A DNA stretch of 64,000 nucleotides from Felis catus. Taxonomy: Eukaryota. A program made the position numbers and the translations under genes. Positions 53,868 through 64,000 of this stretch are shown in pieces; the first letter of the stretch is position 1, and each line of letters begins with the position of its first letter. Where the stretch lies: positions 47,308,001 to 47,372,000 of the forward strand of contig NC_058368.1 of assembly GCF_018350175.1 (NCBI RefSeq). Reading direction: 5' to 3'. The notes beneath the pieces were generated by a model, which saw nothing but the letters and a program-made list of their open reading frames with translations, was not told the DNA's origin and searched no databases.

Positions 53868-55587
53868 AGAAGAGCGTGGAAGTTTTTTGTGTGTCTCCGG
53901 TCCATGAAATACAACCAGACCAAACTAAACCATACTGCATACCTAGAAAACTGATCTGAGGATTCACACAACAATCTGCACAACCTGAACCACAGAATTC
54001 AGCAGGTACGCAGCACGGAGAGGTGAACTTGGGGAGAGAAGCTGCAGAGGACAGGGAGGTGCTTTTCCGGGTGGAGAGAGGATGGAGATGGTGGGGAGAA
54101 TATGGGAAAAGCACCCCTTCCCAAAAGCAGCTGGAGAGAAAGTGGAAAATTGGAAACAGCTGCAGGGACTGAACTAAAAAGGGAGAAAGGAGAAAGGAGA
54201 GGGTTTAAATTCCATTAAGACTATAAACAGGGGAGAGCAGAGTCTGAAACTCTGCAGCTCACAGCTTGATACCTGGTGGTGCTCTGGTGGGAAGGGCAAA
54301 TCCCCAGGAGCAGAGTGGAGTCCAGGGTTCTTCAGGCCACACGGGGAGAGGCATTTCCCCTGCTGGGAGGACACTTGGTAGAGGCTGTATGGATCCCCTA
54401 AAGGCAAGGCCCCAGTGGACCCAGGAGAACAACATTTGCTGGTGCTGGAACAAGGTCATTAAGGGTGAAACCTGGTGCCAGATGTGTGTTGTGATTTTCC
54501 ATAATCCCTGAAATGCTGCTGCTACACTATCTCACGAACTTTTTCTGCGGGGAGGGGGCTGGCACCTGAATGCAGTCTCTGGCCTTCAGCAGCAGCTCGG
54601 TCCTGCAAACGTTCCTGGGTGAGGCCAGTACTCGGCCATTGCTTGGTGAGACCCTCCTGCAGAGGGGCAGAACGGGTCAAAGCCGCAGTCCCTCAGAAGT
54701 AAGGGGTCGGGAAAAACAGCCACATCTGAGACAAAACTCAGGAGGGAGGTGCTGCCTGGGACTTGGTCACAGACTATGTAAAAGCAGGGAGTGGACGGAA
54801 GCCAAAGACAAAGGACCGGTGTGCAACTGCTGATTGGGGAGAACAGAGTTCTGATACTAGAGACTGGGTATCTGGGTGACGCCATTTTCACCGCTCCCAC
54901 GCATGCGCATACGCTCCTACAAGCACCACAACAATCCACCTCAGTAAGCTAAGCAGCACCATCTAGTGGAGAATGGAGCCATTACACTAAGCCCTGCTGA
55001 ACTGGGACAACCTCGCTCTTCAGAAACAAGCCTGCTTAGTTTATGGACAATAAAAGGCTTCACAGTTTGACTTCTAGGGAAAAACAAAGTAATTTCAGTC
55101 ATATTTCACTCTTTTCACCAGTCCATCTATTCAATTTTCTTTCTTTTTTTTTTTTCTCTTTTTCATTTCTTTTCTTTTTCTTGAATATGGAAAGTGAAAA
55201 AATTCATTTTCATTTTCAATTTTTATTAAAAATATTTTTCTTTAATTTTTTTCTACTATATATTTGACTTTTGTGTAAATATTCCAAATTCTATTTTACT
55301 TCCATCATTTCATTTTAGTCTACTTCAGTGTATTCATTTTTTCAAATTTTAAAATGATTTCCTTTTTTTTTTCGTTTGTTTGTTTCTTCTTTCCCCTTTT
55401 TTCCCTAATCTATCAAGCCACTTCAACACCTACACCAAAACACACCTAGAATCTAACATGATTTATTCAATTTTTTGTGTGTTTATTTTTTATTTTTGAT
55501 TTTAATGTTTTTTAATGTTAATATTTTTAATGTTAATTTTTATTATTTTAATTTTTTTCCTTCATTAATTCCTTTTCTCCATTCAAT

Positions 55588-56663
55588 ATGATGAAATGAA
55601 GGAATTCACCCCAAAAGAAAGAGCATGAAGAAACAACAGCCAGGGACTTAACACAGATACAAGCAAGACGTCTGAACCAGAATTTAGAATCATAATAATT
55701 TGAATACTAGCTAGAGTCGAAAATACTTTAGAATCACTTTCTGTGGAGATAAAAGAAGTAAAATCTAGTCTGGATGAAATAAATGCTATAACTGAACTGC
55801 AATTGCGGATGGATGCAATGGCGGCAAGGATCGATGAGGCAAAACAGAGAATCAGTGACATAGAGGACAAATTTATAGAGAATAACAAAGCAGAAAAAAG
55901 AGAAAGATTAAGGCAAAAGAGCACAATTTCAGAATTAGAGAAATCAGTGACTCATTAAAACAGAACAACATCAGAATCATAGGGGTCCCAGAAGAGGAAG
56001 AGAGAGAGAGAAGGGTAGAAGGGTTATGTGAGCAAATCATAGTGGAAAACTTTCCTAACCTGAGGAAAGACACAGATGTCAAAATCCAGGAAGCACAGAG
56101 GACCCCCATTATTCAACAAAAACCGACCACCAACAAGGCATATCATAGTCAAATTCACAAAATACTCAGTCAAGGAGAGAATCATGAAAGCAGCAAGGGA
56201 AAAAAAGTCCCTAACCTACACGGAAAGTCAGATCAGGTTTGCAGCAGAACTATCCACAGAAACTTGACAGGCCAGAAAGGAGTGGCAGGATATATTCAAT
56301 GTGCTGAATCAGAAAAATATGCACCCAAGAGTTCTTTACCCAGCAAGGTTCTACCCCTCTCTCTCTCTCTTCCTCTTCTGGGACCCCTATGATTCTGATG
56401 TTGTTCTGTTTTAATGAGTCACTGATTTCTCTAATTCTGAAATTGTGCTCTTTTGCCTTAATCTTTCTCTTTTTTCTGCTTTGTTATTCTCTATAAATTT
56501 GTCCTCTATGTCGCTGATTCTCTGTTTTGCCTCATCGATCCTTGCCACCAAGGTTGTCATTCAAAATAGGAGAGATAAAAAGTTTCCCAGACAAACAAAA
56601 ATTAAAGGACTTTGTGACCACTAAACCAGCCCTGCAAGAAATCTTAAGGGAGACTCTCTCTGA
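55588..56663 (+). pseudogene. L1 ORF1p remnant (stops, frameshifts, 202-bp inverted insertion)
   Basis: Fragments LQLRMDAMAARIDEAKQRISDIEDK, ENFPNLRKDTDVKIQEAQRTP, RHIIVKFTKY, IKSFPDKQKLKDFVTTKPALQEIL in different frames. Confidence 0.92.
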
Positions 56664-56678
56664 GGGGAGAAAAGATGG

Positions 56679-56680
<2 letters not shown>

Positions 56681-56727
<47 letters not shown>
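56681..56727. repeat. (TA)n microsatellite in the L1 inter-ORF spacer
   Basis: Direct reading. Confidence 0.98.
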
Positions 56728-56729
<2 letters not shown>

Positions 56730-56795
56730 AAAAGCAACAAAGACTAGAAAGGACCAGAGAACACCACCAGAAACTCCAACTCTACAAGCATCATA

Positions 56796-59700
56796 ATGGC
56801 AATAAATTCATATCTTTCAGTACTCACTCTAAATGTCAACGGACTCAATGCTCCAATCAAAAGACATAGGGTAACAGAATGGATAAGAAAACAAGATCCA
56901 TCTACATGCTGTTTACAAGAGACTCACTTCAGACCTAAAGACACCTTCAGATTGAAAGTAAGGGGATGGAGAACAATCTATCATGCTAATGGTCAACAAA
57001 AGAAAGCTGGAGTAGCCATACTTATATCAGACAATTTAGACTTTAAAGACCGTATCAAGAGATGAAGAAGGGCATTATGTCATAATCAAGGGGTCTATCC
57101 ACCAAGAAGACCTAACAATTGTAACCATTTCTGCGCCAAATGTGAGAGCACCCACATATATAAATCAATTAATCCCATACATCAAGAAACTCATCGATAG
57201 TAATACCACAATAGTAGGAGACTTCAACACCCCACTCACAGCAATGGACAGATCATCTAATCAAAAAATCAACTAGGAAAAATGGCTTTGAATGACACAC
57301 TGGACCAGATGGACTTAATAGATATATTCAGAACGTTTCATCCTAAAGCAGAGGAATATACATTCTTCTCCAGTGCACATGGAACGTTCTCCAGAATAGA
57401 CCATATACTGGGACACAAATCAGCCCCAAGTAAGTACAAAAAAATCAAGATCATACCATGCATATTTTCAGACCACAACGCTATGAAACCCTAAATCAAC
57501 CACAAGAAAAAATTTGGAAAGGTAACAAATACTTGGAGACTGAAGAACATCCTACTAAAGAATGAACGGGCTAACCCAGACATTAAAGAAGAAATTAAAA
57601 AGTATATGGAAGCCAATGAAAATTATAACACTACAAGCCAAAACCTCTGGTACACAGCAAAGGCAGTCATAAGACGAAAGTATATAGCAATCCAGGCCTT
57701 CCTAAAGAAGGAAGCAAGATCTCAGATACACAACCTAAGCTTACACCTTAAGGAGCTGGAAAAGAACAGCAAATAAAACACAAAACCAACAGAAGACAGG
57801 AAATAATAAAGATTAGAGCAGAAATTAATGCTTTTGAAACAACAAACAAAAAACAACAACAAAAAAAGTAGAAAAGATCAATGAAACCAGAAGCTGGTTC
57901 TTTAAAGAATTAACAAAATTGATAAACCACTAGCCAGTTTGATCAAGAAGAAAACGGAAAGGACCCAAATAAATAAAATCAAGAATGAAAGAGGAGAGAT
58001 CACAACCAACACAGCAGAAATAAAAACAAATATAAGAAAATATTATGAGCAATTATATGCCAATAAAATGGGCAATCTTCCTAGAAACATATACACTACC
58101 AAACTGAAACAAGAAGAAATAGAAAATTTGAACAGACCCATAACCAGTAAGGAAATCAAATTAGTAATCAAAAATCTCACAAAAAACAAGCGTCCAGGAC
58201 CAGATGGCTTTCGGGGGAATTCTACCAAACATGTAAGGAAGAGTTAACACCTCTTCTCTTGAAACTGTTCCAAAAAATAGAAATGGAAGGAAAACTTCCA
58301 AACTCTTTCTATGAAGCCAGCATTACCTTGATTCCAAAACCAGACAGAGACCCCACTAAAAAGGAGAACTATAGACCAATTTCCCTGATCAACATAGATG
58401 CAAAAATCCTCAACAAGATATTAGCCAACCAGATCCAACAATACATTAAAAAAATTATTCATCATGACCAAGCGGGATTTATACCTGGGATGCAGGGCTG
58501 GTTCAATATCCGCAAAACAACTAATGTGATTCATCACATCAATAAAAGAAAGGACAAGAACTATATGATCCTCTCAATACTTGCTGAGAAAACATGTGAC
58601 AACATACAACATCCTTACTTGATAAAAACCCTCAAGAAAGTAGGGATAGAAGGAGCATACCTCGAGATCAAAGAAGCCATACATGAATGACCCAACGCTA
58701 ATACCATCCTCAATGGGGAAAAATTGAGAGCTTTCCCTCTAAGGTCAGGAACACGACAGGGATGTCCACTCTCACCACTGTTATTCAACATAGTATTGGA
58801 AGTCTTAGCCTCTGCAATCAGACAACACAAGGAAATAAATCGGCCAGGAGGAGGTGAAACTTTCACTCTTCGCAGATGACATGATCCTCTCTATGGAAAA
58901 CCCAAAAGATGCCACCAAAAACCTGCTAGAACTGATTCATGAATTCAGCAATGTTGCAGGATATAAAATCAATGCACAGAAATCGGTTGCATTCCTATAC
59001 ACCAACACTGAAGAAACAGAAAGAGAAATCAAGGAATCGATCCCATTTACAATTGTACCAAAAACCATAAAATACCTAGGAATAAATCGAACCAAAGAAG
59101 TGAAAAATCTATACACTGAAAACTATAGGAAGCTTATGAAAGAAATTGAAGAAGACACAAAAAAATGGAAAAGGATTCCATGCTCCTGGATAGGAAGAAC
59201 AAATACTGTTAAAATGTCAATACTACCCAAAGCAATCTACATATTCAATGCAATCCCTATCAAAGTAACACCAACATTCTTCACAGAGCTAGAACAAATA
59301 ATCCTAAAATTTGTATGGAACCAGAAAAGACCCCAAATAGCCAAAGCAATCTTGAAAAAGAAAACCAAAGCAGGAGGCATCACAATCCCAGACTTCAAGC
59401 TATCCTACAAAGCTGTAATCATCAAGACAGTATCGTACTGGCACAAGAACAGACACTCAGGACCAGTGGGACAGAACAGAGAACCCAGAAATGGACCCAC
59501 AAATGTATGGCCAACTAATCTTTGACAAAGCAGGAAAGAATATCCCATGGAATAAAGACAGTCTCTTCAGCAAGTGATGCTGGGAAAACTGGACAGCGAC
59601 ATGCAGAAGAATGAACCTGGACCACTTTCTTACACCATACACAAAAATGAACTCAAAATGGATGAAAGACCTCAATGTAAGACAGGAAGCCATCAAAATC

Positions 59701-60569
59701 CTCGAGGAGAAACCAGGCAAAAACCTTCTTGATCTTGGCCGCAGCAACTTACTCAACACGTCTCCAGAGGCAAGGGAAACAAAAGCAAAAATGAACTACT
59801 GGGACCTCATCAAAATAAAAAGCTTCTGCACAGCGAAGGAAACAATCAGCAAAACTAAAAGGCAACTGACAGAATGGGAGAAGGTATTTGCAAATGACAC
59901 ATCAGATAAAGGGTTAGTATCCAAACTCTATAAAGAACTTATCAAACTCAACACCCAAAAAAACAAGTAGCAAGGGTAGAAATGGGCGAAAGACATTAAC
60001 AGACCCTTTTCCAAAGAAGACATCCAGATGGCCAACCAATACATGAAAAAATGCTCACATCACTCATCATCAGGGAAACACAAATCAAATCCACCATGAG
60101 ATACCACCTTACACCTGTCAAAATGGCTAACATTAACAATTCAGGCAACAACAGATGTTGGCGAGGATACGGAGAAAGAGGATCTCTTTTGCATTGTTGG
60201 TGGGAATGCAAGCTGGTGCCGCCACTCTGGAAAACAGTATGGAGGTGTCTCAAAAAATTAAAAATAGAACTATCCTACAACCCAGCAATTGCACTACTAG
60301 GTATTTATCCAAAGGATACAGGTATGCTGGTTCAAAGGGACACATGCATCCCCATGTTTATAGCTGCACTATCAACAATAGCCAAAGTATGGAAAGAGCC
60401 CCAATGTCCATCGATGGATGAATGGATAAAGAAGAAGTGGTATGTATATACAATGGACTATTACTTGGCAATCAAAAAGAATGAAATCTTGCCATTTGCA
60501 ACTACATGGATGGAACTAGAGGGTATTATGTTAAGTGAAATTAGTCAGAGAAAGACAATTATCATATGA
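56796..60569 (+). pseudogene. L1 ORF2p remnant (endonuclease plus reverse transcriptase), many frameshifts and stops
   Basis: TLNVNGLNAPIKR, CCLQETH, SRIDHILG, FSDHNAM (endonuclease); [27 protein letters not shown] (RT); HCWWECKLV (C-terminal), split over many ORFs. Confidence 0.96.
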
Positions 60570-61281
60570 CTTCACTCATATGAGGACTTAAAAGACAGAA
60601 CCGATGAACATAAAGGAAGGGAAGCAAAAATAATATAAAAACAAGGAGGGAACAAAACATAAGAGACAAATATGGAGAACAGAGGGTTACTGGAGGAGTT
60701 GTGGGAGGGAGAATGGACTAAATGGATAAGGGGCATTAAGGAATCTACTCCTGAAATCACTGTTGCATTATATGCTAACTAATTGGGATGCAAATTTAAA
60801 AAATAAAATTAAAAAAAGGATGTGGTATATATACACAATAAAATATTAGCCATAAAAAAAGAATGAAATCTTGCCATTCATGACAAAAAGAAATGGACTC
60901 ATAATACAGAAATCTAATTGGTGGTTGCCAGAGGCAAACGGGGTGGACAGGTGAAATAGGTGAAGGGGATGAAGAGGTACTAACTTCCAATTCTAAAATA
61001 AATAAGTCACAGGGATGAAAAGTATAGCATAGGAAATATAGTCAATAATATTATAATAACTTTGTATGGTGACAGAGGGTAACCACACTTATCATGGCAA
61101 ACATTTCATAATGTATTTAATTATTGAATCACTATGCTGCACACCTGAAACTAACACAACATGCCAGCTATATTTCAGTTAAACTCTAAAAAATAAATAA
61201 GAAAACAACCCAATTTTTTAAATAAGCAAAAGATTTTAACAAACACTTCACCAAGGAAGATATACTAAAACCAAATAAACA

Positions 61282-61518
61282 GGGGCGCCTGGGTGGCGCA
61301 GTCGGTTAAGCGTCCGACTTCAGCCAGGTCACGATCTCGCGGTCCGTGAGTTCGAGCCCTGCGTCAGGCTCTGGGCTGATGGCTCGGAGCCTGGAGCCTG
61401 TTTCCGATTCTGTGTCTCCCTCTCTCTCTCTGCCCCTCCCCCGTTCATGCTCTGTCTCTCTCTGTCCCAAAAATAAATAAAAAACGTTGAAAAAAAAAAT
61501 TTTTTTAAATAAAAAAAA
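61282..61518 (+). mobile_element. Young felid Can-SINE (SINEC_Fc-like)
   Basis: ggggcgcctgggtggcgcagtcggttaagcgtccgact; aaacgttgaaaaa tail. Confidence 0.98.
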
Positions 61519-61674
61519 ACACATGAAACAATACTAAGCATTATTATTTATTAGGGAAATGCAAATTAAAACCACAATGAGCTATCGCCACATGCCTATT
61601 AGAATGGCTAAACTTTACAAACTGACCATCCCAAGCATTGACAAAAATGTGGAGTAACTGAAACTTTTATACAC

Positions 61675-61862
61675 TTTTTTAAAATGTTTTATTTATTTTT
61701 GAGAGAGTGCCAACTGGGGAGGAGCAGAGAGAGGGGGACAGAGGATCTGAGGCGGGCTCTGTGCTGAGAGCATTGAGCCCGATGTGGGCCTGGAACTCAC
61801 AAACCTCAAGATCATGACCTGAGGCAAAGTCGGAGGCTCAACTGAGACAACCAGACACCACC
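61675..61862 (-). mobile_element. Can-SINE (SINEC)
   Basis: TSD gaaactttt(t)ataca. Confidence 0.93.
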
Positions 61863-62739
61863 GAAACTTTTATACAGTTCCTATGGGAACGTAAGATGGC
61901 ACAGACCTTTGGTATTTCCTTAAAATGTTAAGTAGACACTTGCCATATGATCCAGCCATTCCACTCTTAGATATTCAGCCAAGAGAAATGAAAAACATAT
62001 GTCTATACAAAAATCTGTACATGACTGTTTGTAGTAGTTTTATTTGTAATAGTCAAAACTCAGAACAGTTCAAGTGCCCCTCAACAAATGGTTTATCCAT
62101 ACAACGGAACACTAATCAGCACCAAAAAGATACAGTACTGATATATGTAACAACACAGATGAATCTCAAAATAATTGGGCTGAGTAAAATATGCCAGACA
62201 AAAAGAGTACATTATGTGCACTTCCATTTATATGAAAATCTAGAAAAGTGCAAATTAATCTGTAGTGACAGAAGGCAGAGCAGTGATTGTCTGAGCTAGG
62301 GTTGGGGCAGTGGGAATTTTGGAGGGAAGATGTGAGAAAAGATTACAAAGAGGGATGTGGAAATATTTGGACATGATTGACGTGTTCAGCATCTTGGTTG
62401 TGGCAATGGTTTCATGGGTCAAAACTTCAAATAGTACCTTAAAATATATGTAATTTTTGCATGCCAATTATACCTTAATAAAGTAGGGTAGCCCCTTTTC
62501 GTTTACTGGAATTCTCTAGGCAAAGGAAAACACAAGTAAAAAATATTTTTATCATAAACTATTGAGTACAGTTTTTAATGGAATCTGAGTTCCTAACATC
62601 TTACTTTCAAACTTTTTTTGTGAATGGGGCACTCCCATTACTGATCCTATGTTCCCAAGTGAATTTTACAGTTCTTCCTTGTGCATCTAGAAACCTTAGC
62701 AGGTTAATCTTTGTGAACTGTATACCAAGCATACTTCAA

Positions 62740-62930
62740 ATGCTTGATATGCACTATTCCACTTGATTCTCACAAAAATGCCTTAAGGTACATGTCATTA
62801 TTATTCCTGTTTTACAACAGAGGAAACTGAGGCTCAGAGGGGTGAAGGAAATTTCTCAGGGTCACATAGCCAGTAAGCCTAGAATCAGGAATTGAACTCG
62901 AAAAGTCAGGAACTAGAGTACATGTTCCTA
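62740..62930 (-). mobile_element. MIR SINE
   Basis: gaggaaactgaggctcagaggggtgaag..ggtcacatagccagtaag. Confidence 0.88.
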
Positions 62931-63019
62931 AACATATGCTATATTGCTTCACTGTAGAATGAAAATGTATGGTCATGTGATCGTTTATCTGCCATTGGGA
63001 AAACGTGAAGAAGAGGCAT

Positions 63020-63467
63020 AACAGTTTCTTAGGTCATCCTAACAGAGTATCAAAAACTCGACAGCTTAAAACAACAAAAAGTTCTAGAGGTTAGAAATCC
63101 AAAATTAAGGGGTTGGCAGGGCCACCGTCTCTCTAATGGTCCTAAGGGAGTCCTTCTTTGCTCTTCTACCTTCTGGTATTTACCAGCATCCCTGCTGTTC
63201 CTTGGCATGGGATGCATTACTCCAGCATATGGCTGTCTTCTTGTATCTCTTCACATCATCTTCCCTCTATGCAGTGTCTTCTTCTGTGTCCACATTTCCT
63301 TTTTGTATAAGGACACCTGCCACATTGGAAAAGGCTCATCCCAATGACCTCATTTTAACTTGATTACCTCTGTAAGATCCTGTTTCCAAATAAGGTCACT
63401 TTCTGATGTGGTGGGGGCCTAGAACTTCAACATTTCTGTTTGGGGGAACATAATTCAACCCGTAACA
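63020..63467 (-). mobile_element. MLT1A/B/C-type (MaLR) solo LTR
   Basis: cttaaaacaaca..tataaggacacc..tgacctcattttaacttgattacctctgtaaga..tttccaaataaggtcac..aattcaacccgtaaca. Confidence 0.88.
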
Positions 63468-63545
63468 GGGGGTAACAGGGGGTGGCGCTAAAGGATGTAG
63501 GAAAACTGTATGATTTGCTGTATAACAATGAGTAGATTCCTTATC

Positions 63546-63748
63546 TTTTTTTTTAATGTTTATTTTTGAAGGAGAGAGAGACAGAGCGTAAGCAGGTTGG
63601 AGGTGGGCAGAGAGAGAGGGAGACGCAGAATCAGAAGCAGGACCCAGGCTCTGAGCTGTCAGCACGGAGCCCAATGTGGGGCTCGAACCCACAAGCCATG
63701 ATATTATAACCTGGGTGAAAGTCAGACGCTTAACCACTCAGACACCCC
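63546..63748 (-). mobile_element. Can-SINE (SINEC)
   Basis: TSD agtagattccttatctt. Confidence 0.96.
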
Positions 63749-64000
63749 AAGTAGATTCCTTATCTTAAACATTGGTAGAATCTCTTGTGGATCCACAAAA
63801 CTGTAAGAACGGCCTTGCAATCAATCAACTATCTGGGAATTCTTAGGAGAAGAGTATCATGTACAGCTTTCCTCACCTAAACCAAAGCCCTAGTTTTCTT
63901 TACAATTTTCTGATTTTCACAAATTATAAGATCACTATTTGGACATACAATGACTTTACTTATTTACTTATTCTATAAATACTAATAAATAATATTAATC

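Larger units (their letters stand above)
53847..60812 (+). mobile_element. Full-length carnivore/felid L1 (~7 kb, inactivated)
   Basis: Starts ggggggaggagccaagatggc; GC-rich 5' UTR, ORF1, ORF2, 3' UTR, A tail; TSD aaagaagatgtggta / aaaaaggatgtggta. Confidence 0.97.
52576..61198 (+). mobile_element. Second-level 5'-truncated L1 (own sequence at 52576-52985, 53650-53846, 60813-61198)
   Basis: Flanked by an exact 19-bp TSD at 52557-52575 and 61199-61217; pieces join into a continuous ORF2 end plus 3' UTR. Confidence 0.9.
52200..62484 (+). mobile_element. Ancient L1M (outermost; own sequence at 52200-52575 and 61199-62484)
   Basis: ORF2-end sequence reads continuously across the TSD aagaaaacaacccaatttt; old-type 3' UTR (aattaatctgtagtgacagaaggcaga) ending taccttaataaag. 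Confidence 0.88.

Noticed and set aside
55588..60569. Active, protein-coding L1
   Set aside because: Both ORFs are broken by multiple stops and frameshifts; the longest ORF2 piece is 223 aa.
63462..63490. CTCF site at the MLT1 edge
   Set aside because: Several core mismatches; it overlaps a 10-bp tandem duplication (gtaacagggg x2) at the LTR boundary.

Overview
Mammalian genomic DNA, almost certainly from a cat-family species, judging by the young felid-type Can-SINEs and a full-length carnivore/felid-type L1. It is AT-rich and appears intergenic or deep-intronic: I find no credible host protein-coding exon. The listed ORFs are L1 remnants, SINE or microsatellite read-throughs, or chance ORFs. 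Content: 21 Can-SINEs (most with visible target-site duplications, TSDs), MIR/L2/CR1 fossils, MER5A and MER58 DNA transposons, several solo LTRs, and many L1 pieces. The L1s include a 5'-inverted (twin-primed) old copy at 47.4-49.8 kb and a 10-kb nested stack at 52.2-62.5 kb: an old L1 holds a second L1, which holds a solo LTR and a decayed full-length L1. The most unusual structure is a near-perfect 202-bp inverted self-copy inside ORF1 of that full-length L1 (55819-56020 / 56349-56550). Three smaller fold-back scars occur elsewhere. A repeat-poor block near 28.4-32.8 kb carries a strong CTCF motif and clustered nuclear-receptor sites. Family assignments come from recalled consensus motifs, not a database search, and boundaries of old repeats are approximate. 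I see no evidence for a new gene-encoded system.
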